A stretch of 64,000 nt of DNA. Origin: Candidatus Versatilivorator sp. Lineage in GTDB: Bacteria > Acidobacteriota > Terriglobia > Versatilivoradales > Versatilivoraceae. A program made the translations under genes and the position numbers. Shown one piece after another: positions 29,259 through 40,200 of the stretch. Every line of letters starts with the position of its first letter. Positions within the stretch are counted from its first letter, which is position 1. The notes beneath the pieces were generated by a model. It was given only the letters and a program-made list of their open reading frames with translations. It had not been told where the DNA came from and made no database searches. Location of the stretch: positions 2,368,001-2,432,000 of the forward strand of contig OZ242296.1 in NCBI GenBank assembly GCA_965207735.1. The letters are read 5' to 3'.

Positions 29259-30386
29259 TTATTTCCGAGACAGGACACTATCCACGAATGCTTCCACCTG
29301 CCTTCGGGAGGCGGCATCCAGAGGGAAACGCCGAGCGAAGAGAGGCTCCAGCGCATCCACCTCGGAGGCCTTCCCGTCCGGCAGTTTCAGAAAGAAGCTC
29401 AGATAGGAACGGTGGACTCCCGGGAATCGAGCTTTCAGATAGAGGTGGCCGGCAACCAGTGCGGCATTCTTCCGGACCCCTGAGGTCAGGGAGTCCCGGT
29501 TCGAGGCAACGGCAGGGCCGGGAACGACCACCAGCCCGTCGGTCGAACGCCGCACGGTCTCATGCAGCAGCACGAAAAAGGAGTGCACCGCCTCCTGACG
29601 GCTCTCCGGCAGCGGGGTCAGAACGTGAAACAAGACCTCGCCGCCCTGTTCCACGGGCACGCCCAGACCCCTCCCCTTCATCACCGGGGTCAGAAATACC
29701 TTGAAATCGTTCACTCCGGACCTGGCGGCCCACGGCTCCAGGATGCTCATGCCCCGGGACTTCCAGAAGCTGGTAAACCACTCCACTCCCTGTTGATCCC
29801 ATTCACTGCGGGCCTCGCGATATATCATGTAGAAACTGGAGTGCTCCTCCTCCAGCCAACCGGCAAACCGCTTGGCGAAATCCCGCTCCTGGGGAGCCTG
29901 GAAGTGGTTTCTGAAGACCGGGATCAACCTGCGGCTGTTGCCGAACATCAAGGGCTCCTTCCTGCGTTTGCCCCTGACGCCGGACGGAACGGTCCGGGTG
30001 CGAAAGTCGTAGTCGATCAGGGCCAGGGCTTGCTTGAAGGAGGAAAGGTCATCCGCCAGGAAAGGAGCCCGGATCAGAAAGCGAAGGCGAGGGCGTTGCC
30101 GGTAACGCTGCTCCAAGCCCGCGGCCTCCCGGTCCAGCCTGGTCTCCCCCACCTCCAGGTCCCGCTTCGCCTGGCCCATCCGTCGAACGTAGTCCTCGGA
30201 GAAGAGATTGAAGCGGTCCCCCGGCAGGTTGAAGTGGGCCAGGGTGTGGTAGATCACGTCCAGGTTCGGGTCGGTCAGGATCCTGATCTGGCTGGAACCG
30301 ATGGCTGCAAGCGGTCCATGGCTGCCAATAAGCACGGCGGCCAGTGCCAGCGTTCCCAACAGGATGGAGTTCTTTCCGAGGGTCAT
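29259..30386 (-). CDS. Secreted hypothetical protein with degenerate zincin-like motif
   Basis: Long ORF with N-terminal signal-like segment and LLHETVRR; the alternative ATG at 30428 lies in a MITE end. Confidence 0.7.
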   Translation of the reverse strand: MTLGKNSILLGTLALAAVLIGSHGPLAAIGSSQIRILTDPNLDVIYHTLAHFNLPGDRFNLFSEDYVRRMGQAKRDLEVGETRLDREAAGLEQRYRQRPRLRFLIRAPFLADDLSSFKQALALIDYDFRTRTVPSGVRGKRRKEPLMFGNSRRLIPVFRNHFQAPQERDFAKRFAGWLEEEHSSFYMIYREARSEWDQQGVEWFTSFWKSRGMSILEPWAARSGVNDFKVFLTPVMKGRGLGVPVEQGGEVLFHVLTPLPESRQEAVHSFFVLLHETVRRSTDGLVVVPGPAVASNRDSLTSGVRKNAALVAGHLYLKARFPGVHRSYLSFFLKLPDGKASEVDALEPLFARRFPLDAASRRQVEAFVDSVLSRK

Positions 30387-30417
30387 CTTCAAGAGCCAAT
30401 GAGGCCGTCTCCAAGGA

Positions 30418-30560
30418 CTAGCCCGCATTTCTCACCAGGTCGCTGGTGCCATGACGACAAGTAGTTTATCTTCAGTACTTTGATTGGCTCCATGGTAAGG
30501 GCTTGCGGGTAACAGACGGCGCTGGGCATGCCCTGGCTTGTCTTTTTCCCTTCAGCGCGC
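30418..30560 (-). mobile_element. Right half of MITE family A
   Basis: ctagcccgcatttctcaccaggtcgctggtgccatgac... is the reverse complement of about 59033-59175. Confidence 0.9.
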
Positions 30561-30664
30561 CAGCACGGCGAAGCGCTGGCGCGGCTTCGCGGTTCGACTC
30601 GCCCCCCCCAGACTGACTCACGGGGTCGATTGGCCTCTTCGGCACTGTTGCGGCGCCGGCGTCG

Positions 30665-30982
30665 CCCCCCACCGCATCAGCCTTCGCCATTCGGCTCGGC
30701 TTCTGCGACTCCCCCTCAAGGGGGGAGTGATACTGAGTTTCTTGAACGACGTGTTGCGGAATTGGGGGGCGGACGCCCGGAGACAATCATTTGAAAAATC
30801 CTATCCACCGGCAGTGTCGTGGGTTAGGGGAGAGCCGCGTATGCGGCGGTTGGCGTGGGTCATCCGAGGAAACGTCCCCTGCAAGCCATCCTTTTAGAGC
30901 AGCGTAGCCGCGGCCTCGTGTAGCCCCGGGCGGAAGCCCGGGGTCGTATGAGTTCTGCGCCAACCTAGCCGCGTATGCGGCG
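30665..30982. repeat. Composite REP-like element (families B and D), copy 2
   Basis: Aligns with 23575-23886; GTAG hairpin at 30920-30943. Confidence 0.88.
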
Positions 30983-31031
30983 GATTAAAAACCGCGTCCC
31001 AAAACCGCACGGCCTCCCCAAGACCACGCCA

Positions 31032-31108
31032 GAAACACCCCTGTTTCATCTCGAATGATCCGTCCTTCGCAGGGCGGCGGCCCCACTCTCCACTCTCCAC
31101 TCTCCACT
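31032..31108. repeat. Family C remnant: GAAACACCCCTGTTTCA hairpin and (CACTCTC)n array
   Basis: The 17-mer is identical to 6518-6534; heptamer array 31084-31108 abuts the carboxyltransferase stop. Confidence 0.7.
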
Positions 31109-32678
31109 AAAGCGGTATGTTCCCGTGCTTCTTCGGCGGGGTGGTGTCTCTCTTGTTTTCCAACATGGCCAGGGCACGGATCAACTTTCGACGGGTTTCA
31201 CGCGGGGGGATCACCTCGTCGACAAAGCCCATCCCCGCCGCAACGTAGGGATTGGCGAACTTCTCCCGGAATTCCTCGACCCGCCGGTCCGTTTCCGCTT
31301 TCAGATCCTGGGCCGCCGCCAGTTCCTTGCGATAGACGATCTGGACCGCGCCGGCGGGTCCCATCACGGCGATCTCGGCGGTTGGATAGGCATAATTGAC
31401 GTCGGTACGGAGATGCTTGGAGGCCATCACGCAGTAGGCGCCCCCGTACGCCTTCCGGGTGATCACCGTGATCTTGGGGACGGTCGCCTCGGCAAAGGCA
31501 TAGATCAACTTGGCTCCATGCTTGATAATCCCCCCGAATTCCTGAGAGGTTCCGGGGAGAAACCCGGGGACGTCTTCGAAGCAGATGAGAGGGATATTGA
31601 AGGCATCGCAAAAACGAACGAACCGGGCGGCCTTGATGGAGGCATCGATGTCCAAGCACCCTGCCAGAACCGTCGGCTGGTTGGCCACCATCCCTACCGG
31701 GCGGCCTCCCAACCGGGCAAATCCAACCACGATGTTGCGAGCGAAAAGCGCCTGGACTTCCAGGAAGCCTCCGTCATCCACCACCGCGCCGATGATCTCC
31801 TTGACGTCGTAGGGCTGATTGGACTCGGCCGGAATCAGGCTGTCGAGCCTCTCCTCGGAGCGGTCCAGGGGATCCCGGGTCTCTTTGCGAGGAGGGCTCT
31901 CCATGTTGTTGGAGGGCAGATAGGAGAGCAGTTCCCTGATGAAACGGCAACATTCCCGATCGTCTTCCACAGCGAAATGGGCCACGCCGCTACGGGAATT
32001 GTGGGTCATGGCCCCTCCCAGGTCTTCCTTCGAGACCTCCTCGTGGGTCACCACCTTGATCACCTCGGGGCCGGTGATGAACATGTAGCTGCTCTGCTTG
32101 ACCATGACCACAAAATCGGTGATGGCGGGTGAGTAAACCGCCCCTCCGGCGCACGGACCCATGATGGCCGAGATCTGGGGAACCACCCCCGATGCCAGAG
32201 TATTGCGCAGGAAGATGTCGGCATAGCCGGCCAGCGAGACCACGCCCTCCTGGATTCGGGCGCCCCCGGAGTCGTTGAGACCGATGATGGGGGCTCCGGC
32301 CTTCATCGCCAATTCCATGACCTTGCAGATCTTGGCCGCGTTGGTCTCCGAAAGGGAACCGCCGAAGACGGTAAAGTCCTGGGCAAAGACGTATACCAGC
32401 CGCCCATCGATGCGGCCGTAGCCCGAGACCACGCCATCCCCCGGGATCTCCTGGCCTCTCATCCCGAAATCCTGGCAGCGGTGCTTCACGAACTTGTCCA
32501 TCTCCTCGAAGGACCCCTCGTCCAGCAGGAGATCGATGCGCTCTCGCGCACTCATCTTGCCCGCGGCGTGCTGCCGCTGCAGGCGCTTTTCTCCTCCGCC
32601 GGACTCGGCCAGCCGATTGAGTTCCTGCAGGTCTTCCAATGGGGACTTCCCGGGAGTGGGGGTTGGATGGGTGGACAC
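31107..32678 (-). CDS. pccB: Acyl-CoA (propionyl/methylmalonyl-CoA) carboxyltransferase beta subunit
   Basis: [47 protein letters not shown]. Confidence 0.92.
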   Translation of the reverse strand: MSTHPTPTPGKSPLEDLQELNRLAESGGGEKRLQRQHAAGKMSARERIDLLLDEGSFEEMDKFVKHRCQDFGMRGQEIPGDGVVSGYGRIDGRLVYVFAQDFTVFGGSLSETNAAKICKVMELAMKAGAPIIGLNDSGGARIQEGVVSLAGYADIFLRNTLASGVVPQISAIMGPCAGGAVYSPAITDFVVMVKQSSYMFITGPEVIKVVTHEEVSKEDLGGAMTHNSRSGVAHFAVEDDRECCRFIRELLSYLPSNNMESPPRKETRDPLDRSEERLDSLIPAESNQPYDVKEIIGAVVDDGGFLEVQALFARNIVVGFARLGGRPVGMVANQPTVLAGCLDIDASIKAARFVRFCDAFNIPLICFEDVPGFLPGTSQEFGGIIKHGAKLIYAFAEATVPKITVITRKAYGGAYCVMASKHLRTDVNYAYPTAEIAVMGPAGAVQIVYRKELAAAQDLKAETDRRVEEFREKFANPYVAAGMGFVDEVIPPRETRRKLIRALAMLENKRDTTPPKKHGNIPL

Positions 32679-32708
32679 GAGGCAGTTCCCTGGTTCGATC
32701 GAAGGCAG

Positions 32709-33821
32709 CTATTCTACCGTATCGCTCACCACATTCGAAAAACCGCTTTGGTTGCCAGCCCGGTCCACGGCCGTGACCCGATAAGAATAGACGCTGCCCT
32801 TCTGAAGGTCACGGTCCGTATAGGAGGTCCTTTGGGTGAGGGTGGCCGTGAGGCGTTGGAAGTCGCCCCGGTCTTGACTCCGGAAAACATGGTAGCCCGC
32901 CAGATCGGTCTGGTTGTTGGGAAACCAGGCCAGACTCAGGTACTCGCGGCCGACGACCAGGGTGAGTTGCCGCGGAGGGACGGGTGGATATTGATCCCGG
33001 TACCGCAGGGAAGCCTCCTCGGAATCCCGGCTTTCCACCCGACCTCGAGCCGTTTCCAGCACCGCCCGGACTCGGTAGGCGTAGGTCTCACCCAAGCGGG
33101 CCGACCGATCCCGATAGGAGGTCTCGGCAATCGGGGTCGAATTGAGAGGACTCCCGGTGGGACTTCTCTCGGCCGAGGTGCGGAAGAGATTGAATTCCAC
33201 TCCGGGGGCCACCGGGGACCCGTCGATGCTGCTGCCGGGAGGCGCCCAGGAAATCTCCACAAACTCTTCGGTCGGATTCAGGTTCGGCCTGCCCGGGGGA
33301 TGCGGGACCGGCTGCAGCCACAAGGTGGCGATGTTGGAGTATCCCGCGGTCTGTCCCTTGCGATTGAAGACCTTGACGGCATAACTGAACTCCCGCCCCA
33401 ACATCTCGGAAGGATCCCGGTCCTCCAGGAGGTCGCGGATGCTTTTCTTCTCTTCCCGCCCCGGGGAAGGCTCGGTCTTCAGGACCCGCCAGAGATCCGA
33501 ATCCGCCACGCCTGGGGCGGCCCCCGAATCCGAGGAGGGTTTCCGGATGGCCCGATAGATCTCGACCGAGGCCAGCGTGGTGGCCGAGCTGCCGTCGGTG
33601 TTCAAGCGGGGCAAGGTCCAACTGAGGAGAACCTCCCCGCCCTGCTGCCGGACCGCCAGGTCCACGATCGGACGGGGAATGCGTATCAACGGTGGCAGCG
33701 GCTCGCCAATTTTCCCGCAAGCCGCTGTCAGGAGAAGAAAGAGGAAACTCCCCAAGCGGAGATATGGGCCGGCAAGTGTTCTAGCCAGTTCCAGTCGAAA
33801 CAACGTTGAGGGACGAGTCAA
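32709..33821 (-). CDS. Fibronectin type III domain lipoprotein
   Basis: Lipobox LTAAC-GKIGEPLPP; three FN3-like units (LSW...Y.Y.V.AV). Confidence 0.85.
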   Translation of the reverse strand: MTRPSTLFRLELARTLAGPYLRLGSFLFLLLTAACGKIGEPLPPLIRIPRPIVDLAVRQQGGEVLLSWTLPRLNTDGSSATTLASVEIYRAIRKPSSDSGAAPGVADSDLWRVLKTEPSPGREEKKSIRDLLEDRDPSEMLGREFSYAVKVFNRKGQTAGYSNIATLWLQPVPHPPGRPNLNPTEEFVEISWAPPGSSIDGSPVAPGVEFNLFRTSAERSPTGSPLNSTPIAETSYRDRSARLGETYAYRVRAVLETARGRVESRDSEEASLRYRDQYPPVPPRQLTLVVGREYLSLAWFPNNQTDLAGYHVFRSQDRGDFQRLTATLTQRTSYTDRDLQKGSVYSYRVTAVDRAGNQSGFSNVVSDTVE

Positions 33822-33887
33822 GATTTGCGGATTGTGAATTGGTATGGGAGCCTTCCGCCCCCCTACCGCCTCGTGAGTTACAGGGAT

Positions 33888-34128
33888 AATTTACATCGAT
33901 GGACAGGACATACGGGATTGCCTTTGCCAGTCCGGCGTCCTGTGATCCTGGGCATCATTTGAATGAATTATTTACATCGATGGACAGGATGCACAGGATT
34001 TTTTCAGGAAACGGCCGGCTTGTAATCCTGAGCTCCACGAATCCGCACCGGAATATTGCCCGAGCCGGCTTCTTGTGCAGCAAGCTCTCGTCCTGTTCAT
34101 CCTGTTCATCCTGTTCATCGATGTTAAT
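33888..34128. repeat. Family F nonamer inverted element
   Basis: tttacatcgatggacagga at 33890 and 33971; inverted end (tcctgttca)x3-tcgatgttaa at 34091-34127. Confidence 0.8.
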
Positions 34129-34199
34129 TGTCCTTTGATCCTTCGCGCCCCTTGGTGGGTTGAGAGCCGACGTTTCCTGCCATTCGCGAGAAATACAGC

Positions 34200-35606
34200 C
34201 TAAAGGATGTATCGGGTCAGGTCCTGGTCATCCACGATCGAGGCCAGCATCTTCTGTACGTATTCCTCGTCAATGGTGACGTCTTTCCGCTTCAGATCCG
34301 GCCCCTCGAAGGAGATCTCGTCCAGGAGTCTTTCCATGATGGTTTGCAGCCGCCGGGCTCCGATGTTTTCGGTCCGCTCGTTGACCAGGGCGGCAAAACT
34401 GGCAATGCTGCGAGTCGCGTCTTCCGTGAAGCGGAGCTTGATTCCCTCGGTTTTCATCAGGCCGATGTACTGTTTGATCAGAGCGCTCTTGGGTTCGGTC
34501 AGGATGCGCACGAAGTCCTCGACAGTGAGCGTATCCAACTCCACCCGGATGGGGAACCGGCCCTGCAGCTCCGGAATGAGGTCGGACGGCTTGCTGACGT
34601 GAAAGGCGCCCGCCGCCACAAACAGGATGTGGTCGGTCCGCACGATACCGTAGCGGGTGTTTACGGTGGTCCCTTCCACGATGGGGAGAATATCCCTCTG
34701 CACGCCCTCGCGGCTGACGTCGGGACCGTGCCCCCCCTCGCGCCCCGCGATCTTGTCGATCTCGTCGAGAAAGATGATGCCGTTCTGCTCCACCCGCTCC
34801 ACCGCCAGGCGAGTCACCTGGTCCATATCGATCAGTTTCTGCTCCTCCTCCTGAATGAGATGGTCCATGGCGTCGGCAACCGGCATCTTCCGCGTCTTGG
34901 TCTTCTGCCCGAAGATGCCCGGCAGAATGTCCTTGACGTTGATATCCATCTCCTCGATGCCGGAACTGGAAATGATCTCGAAGGCCGGCATGCTTCTCTC
35001 GCGGGTCTCCACCTCCACCAGGCGCTCATCCAGCTTTCCGCCGCGCAACTGTTCACGGAGCTTCTCTCTTGTCTTGGTGAAGGTCTCCTGAGCCCTGGCC
35101 TTCTCCTCGGCAGAGGCCGAATTGCGGGCCGACTGCGGAACGGGGGGAAGCAGCAGGTCGAGGACCCGCTCCTCCGCATTCTGCTCCGCCTTGTCAGCCA
35201 CATCCTCCAGCTTTTCCTCACGTACCAGGTCGATGGCGATTTCCACCAGGTCGCGGATCATGGACTCGACGTCACGACCGACGTAACCCACCTCGGTAAA
35301 CTTGGAGGCTTCCACTTTCAGAAAGGGAGAATTGGCCAGCTTCGACAAGCGCCGGGCGATCTCGGTCTTGCCGACGCCGGTGGAGCCGATCATGATGATA
35401 TTCTTGGGCACGACCTCCTCGGCCATGTCCTCGGGGAGCTTTTGCCGTCGAATGCGGTTGCGTAGCGCGATGGCCACCGCCCGCTTGGCGGCTTTCTGTC
35501 CGACCACATGCTTGTCCAGGTGGACCACGATCTGCCTGGGAGTCAGCTCATCCAACGCTTCCACCTGTTCCTCCTGTTCCACCGCTCCCGGCAAGTAAAT
35601 GACCAT
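34200..35606 (-). CDS. hslU: ATP-dependent protease ATPase subunit HslU
   Basis: [45 protein letters not shown]. Confidence 0.98.
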   Translation of the reverse strand: MVIYLPGAVEQEEQVEALDELTPRQIVVHLDKHVVGQKAAKRAVAIALRNRIRRQKLPEDMAEEVVPKNIIMIGSTGVGKTEIARRLSKLANSPFLKVEASKFTEVGYVGRDVESMIRDLVEIAIDLVREEKLEDVADKAEQNAEERVLDLLLPPVPQSARNSASAEEKARAQETFTKTREKLREQLRGGKLDERLVEVETRERSMPAFEIISSSGIEEMDINVKDILPGIFGQKTKTRKMPVADAMDHLIQEEEQKLIDMDQVTRLAVERVEQNGIIFLDEIDKIAGREGGHGPDVSREGVQRDILPIVEGTTVNTRYGIVRTDHILFVAAGAFHVSKPSDLIPELQGRFPIRVELDTLTVEDFVRILTEPKSALIKQYIGLMKTEGIKLRFTEDATRSIASFAALVNERTENIGARRLQTIMERLLDEISFEGPDLKRKDVTIDEEYVQKMLASIVDDQDLTRYIL

Positions 35607-35613
35607 TTTCCCC

Positions 35614-36141
35614 TCACAGCTCCTCGAGGGTCGTCGAGGCGTTGGTGTAGATGCAAATGTCGGCGGCAATCTTTAGGGCTTCGGCGGCAATCTCCGCGGC
35701 GGACAGATCGGAGTGCCTGACCAGGGCTTGAGCAGCAGCCAGGGCGATAGGTCCGCCCGAACCGATGGCCGCGATGGCATCGTCGGGCTCAATCAGATCG
35801 CCGTTGCCACTTACCAGGAAAATCCGTTCCTTGTCGGCCACCAGCAGCAGTGCCTGCAGGTGGCGCAGGACCCGGTCGGTCCGCCATTCCTTGGCCAACT
35901 CCACGGCCGCCCGGGCCAAATTGCCCCGAAACTCCTCCAATTTGGCCTCGAAACGGGTAAACAAGGCAAAGGCGTCGGCCGTGGACCCGGCGAATCCGGC
36001 CAGAACCTGCCCATTGTAGAGGCGGCGGAGCTTCCGGGCTCCCTGCTTGATCACCGTCTCCCCGAGGGTGACCTGGCCATCGGCAGCCAGAGCTGTACGC
36101 CCACTTCTTCGTATGCAAACGACGGTGGTGCCTTTTATCAA
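35614..36141 (-). CDS. hslV: ATP-dependent protease subunit HslV
   Basis: [34 protein letters not shown]. Confidence 0.97.
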   Translation of the reverse strand: MIKGTTVVCIRRSGRTALAADGQVTLGETVIKQGARKLRRLYNGQVLAGFAGSTADAFALFTRFEAKLEEFRGNLARAAVELAKEWRTDRVLRHLQALLLVADKERIFLVSGNGDLIEPDDAIAAIGSGGPIALAAAQALVRHSDLSAAEIAAEALKIAADICIYTNASTTLEEL

Positions 36142-36164
36142 TTTTGCTCCAAAAAATGCCCGGC

Positions 36165-37013
36165 CTACTTTGGGGGGGAGGAAAACAGGGTGTCCGACAG
36201 GTCGGCGTTGATCTGCGCGGAGGAAAGCTGCGTCTCCAAAGCCTTGTATCCGTTGGAATTCAATACGACGGTGAACGGAATCCTGACTCCGTCGATCTCG
36301 TGGTAGTTGTGAAAGAATTTCTCGTCATCAGTGGCCCAGCGCTTACCGCGGGGAGGGGAATCATACTCCATCCTCACCGGCAGGAAGGTGCGGGAGTTGA
36401 CGAAGATCCTGACCTTGTCTCCCGAACCATCCAAAAGCTGAACCCCGTCCAACTGCTCCAGGTGGGTCCGGGACTTTCCGAGGTAGCGGAACTTCATGTC
36501 CTTCTCCCGAAGCCGGAACCTGAGAATATGATCCAGGTCGTGCTTCATGTCGATGCGGAAGTTGTGAAGCTCTTCCTCGGTCTGGGCCTTGACATTCTTG
36601 TATTCGATCTTCCAGCCCTGCTCGCCGTCGTTGATCAGGACGATCCGGGCTTTCTTGCCGAACTCCACCCGCCGTTTCCAGGGGGGCGCCATCAGCGTTC
36701 GAAATTGGTTGGAGCCCCGCATAACGTCCCGGCGATATTGGTAGAACTTCCCTTTCCGGACGATGTTTTGCACCGTCAGGTAGGCCTCCCCTCCGAGAGC
36801 CTCCACGGTCTTGTGCAGTATCTGCCTGGCTCTTTCCTCCGAGCGGCGCAGGAAATCGGATTGACCCGGCAACGAACCCGGCGCCGCCAGCAGGAAGAGG
36901 AGAGCCGTCCCAATAGGGGCCCCGGCGCGCCACAACACCAACATTCGAGATTGCTTAGGACTCATGAAAAAAGTGTAGCCAATGCCCGGAACCCAGTCAA
37001 ACCTCAAATCCAC
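36165..37013 (-). CDS. Exported hypothetical protein, LolA-like/lipoprotein-sorting fold suspected
   Basis: Signal-like segment, [26 protein letters not shown] and terminal LSDTLF pattern. Confidence 0.7.
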   Translation of the reverse strand: MDLRFDWVPGIGYTFFMSPKQSRMLVLWRAGAPIGTALLFLLAAPGSLPGQSDFLRRSEERARQILHKTVEALGGEAYLTVQNIVRKGKFYQYRRDVMRGSNQFRTLMAPPWKRRVEFGKKARIVLINDGEQGWKIEYKNVKAQTEEELHNFRIDMKHDLDHILRFRLREKDMKFRYLGKSRTHLEQLDGVQLLDGSGDKVRIFVNSRTFLPVRMEYDSPPRGKRWATDDEKFFHNYHEIDGVRIPFTVVLNSNGYKALETQLSSAQINADLSDTLFSSPPK

Positions 37014-37244
37014 TCTGAGTGTACGACACCGTCCCCTCGGTTGAGTAATGGAAAACTACCAAGCACAGCCGGAAACGGATAGGGTATTGCATGGCGTTTC
37101 TTCACCAGACTTGCGTGAGTCGGCGAAGCATTGACTCCAGTTGAAACGCGAGATAAACCCCCGATTGATTCAGGGTGACGAAGGACAGCATCGTTTTTGG
37201 CCGCGGGATGTCTCGTGGATGCTCCATGTGATGGGAAGCGCTCG

Positions 37245-40200
37245 ATGAAAAAACTTCACCGCTCCGATACGGAAGAACCGGCACCCAACCCATCGCCCCA
37301 CCGCTCAAGAACCGCCATCTCGCGTCACCGGAGAGGGCTTAATCGGGTCTGGACCACACTGCTGGTGTTGACTCTACCGACCACTGCGGCCGCACAAGGA
37401 ATCTGTGACCGCACTCCGGAAGTGCAGAACGTGCTGATGAACGTCACCGGGGTGAGACCCTGTGGCGAAGTGACAGCAAGGCATCTGAGCGTTGTGAGAA
37501 CGCTCTCGATTTCAGCCAGTGGCCGGTTAAGTCTCCAAGCGCACGACTTCGAAGGGCTCACTGGCCTGAAAACGTTAGCGTTTGGGGGCCCCTCCGTGAG
37601 CCTTCCTCGGGGGGTCTTGGACGCACTGGCCGGCTTGGAGTCTCTTTACCTGAACTTTGGGAACGTCGAGACACGCCGCTGGCCGGAGGGGATCTTCCAG
37701 GGACTAGGCCAACTGAAACGCCTGGAATTGTCTCTCAGACATCCAGGCAACTTACCGGCTGGTGTATTCGACGGACTCGGCAGCCTGGAGTATTTGGATC
37801 TGAATTTCAATCATCAGGCCAGCTTACCGGCTGGCGTGTTCGTCGGACTCGGCGGCCTGAAGCACCTTGATCTGTCCCACAACTACCTGACGGGTTTACC
37901 GGTGGGGATCTTCCGAGACCTCGGCAGCTTGGTTACCCTGAACCTGTCTTCAAATCAGTTGACCTACTTGTCGGAGGGAATTTTTGACGGACTCGTGAGC
38001 CTGGAAAATCTGAACCTGTCGACAAACTCTCTGATCGGCTTATCCGCGAAGGTCTTCGACGGTCTCAGCAGCCTCAAGGGATTGGGCCTTCACTTCACTG
38101 ACCTGACTCGTCTACCGGAGGGAATCTTCGACGATGTGCTCGATACCCTGGGCGGCCCCTACACGTTTGCCGGATCAACCGGTGAAGGACAACTTCGGTT
38201 GGATCAGCGATTGTGGTCTACTCTTGCCTTCCCTTGGACCGAGCAGATCGTTTCCGCAGGAGAGGCCGTCAAGGTAACTGTCGTCTTGAGCCGGCCCTTG
38301 CCGGTGGCCGTTCGCGTCCCTTACGCCCTGGGAGGGACTGCGCCCTTGGAAGCCTACACGGATCTGTCGCCTTCTCCCTCCCACGGACTGCTGTTTCTGG
38401 CCGGAGAGACCCGCAAGGAAATAACTTTCACCCTCCAGCAGCGTGCCAGGCCGGGTGACACGATAGTCTTCACCCTGGGTAAGGAAATCAGACTGCGTCG
38501 CTCCGACGGCACAGGACCCGAAACTTTCTTGCTGGGAGGTATGTTCTATCTTCGAGATACCGCACACACCGTCTCTGTGGACAAGCCAGTTCAACCGGGT
38601 GTCTGCGACCGCACGCCCGAAGTTCGGGACCAGTTGATGCAGATTGCCGGGGTGTCGAACTGCAAGGAAGTGGCTGCTACGCATCTAGCTGGAGTGACAG
38701 AACTGAATCTCAGGCAATCCCATGTCGGCAGCCTCCTGACCCACGACTTCAGGGGACTTGTCAACCTCGAAAATTTAAGCCTGGCTTACTGCTCCCTGGC
38801 CAACCTCCCAAAGGGGGTTTTCGATGGGCTGAGCAATCTGAAACGACTGGAACTGGAGGCGAACCAACTGATCTATCTGCCGGAGGGGTCTTTCGACGGG
38901 CTCGGTAACCTGGAGTATCTAAACTTGTGGCAAAACGATTTGACGCACTTACCGGAGCGGATCTTCGACGGGCTCAGTAGCCTGAAATGGCTGGGGTTGC
39001 GTGAAAACCAACTGAGCCGCCTGCCGGAGGGAACCTTCGACGAGGTCCTGGATACCCTGGGCGGCCCTTACGCTTTCAGTGGAGAAACCTTTCAAGGCGA
39101 CCTCGTCCTGGAGCCTGCCCTGAAGGCCACCCTGAACTTCTCGTCCGATGAGCAGGTAGTCTCCGAAGAAGACACCGTCACGGTGACGGTTGTTTTGGGC
39201 AAGCCATTGCCCGTCGCCGTTCGCGCCCCTTATGCCGTTAGCGGGAGCGAGGCATCTGAACTATTCACGGACCTGTCGCCCTCGCCCTCCGACGGGCTGC
39301 TGTTTCCGGCGGGGGAAACCCACCGGGAAATCACTCTGGCACTCAATAAGACCGCCCGTCAGCCCGGCGCCATAGTCCTGACCTTGGGAGGACTCTCCGA
39401 GATCGAACTGCTTCGGTCCGACGGAACGGGAGCCGAGGCTCCCTACCTGGAGAGCGGGGTGCTGATCGACGACGCATTCGAAGGAAGTACACATACAGTC
39501 ATTGTGACCGCTCCGGCCGCTCAAGGAATCTGCAACCGGTCTCCGCAAGTGCGCGACCACCTGTTATTGAACACCGGTATTTCAGGGGTGTCGAACTGCT
39601 GGGAAGTCACCGCGGCACATCTGGCCGGGGTGAGAGGCCTGACTTTTTCCTCATTCAGCGGCATCACGGAGTTCCAATCGGATGACTTCAGGGGGCTCAG
39701 CGGCCTGATCGAGCTGTCGCTGCAAGAAATTCCACTGACGAGTCTACCGGTGGGGATCTTCGACGAATTGATCAGTCTGAAGAAACTGAATCTGTTTCGT
39801 AACTCCCTGACGAGTTTGCCGGAAGGGATCTTCGACAGCCTCGTCAGCCTGGAATACCTGGACCTGGCCGGCAACTCTCTGACCGGTCTACCCGAGGGGG
39901 TCTTCGACCGACTCGGACGTGTGAAAGAATTGAAACTGAATGGCAACCCTCTGACGAGCTTACCGGTGAGGATTTTTAGCGGACTCGGCAGTCTGGAGTA
40001 TCTTGGCCTGAATGAAACCTTTCTGACCAGCCTTTCGGACGGGATTTTCGACGGATTGAGCCGCCTGGAATCTCTGGATCTGTGGACAAACTCCCTGACA
40101 GCCTTACCGGTCGGCATCTTCGAAGAGTTGAGCAATCTGAAAACAATACAACTGGTGAACGGTCCCCTGACACACCTACCCGCACGCATTTTCGAAGGGC

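Noticed and set aside
37014-37244. Riboswitch or ncRNA upstream of the LRR gene
   Set aside because: Only a weak hairpin (gagtc...gactc); no recognisable aptamer consensus by eye. An Rfam scan would be needed.
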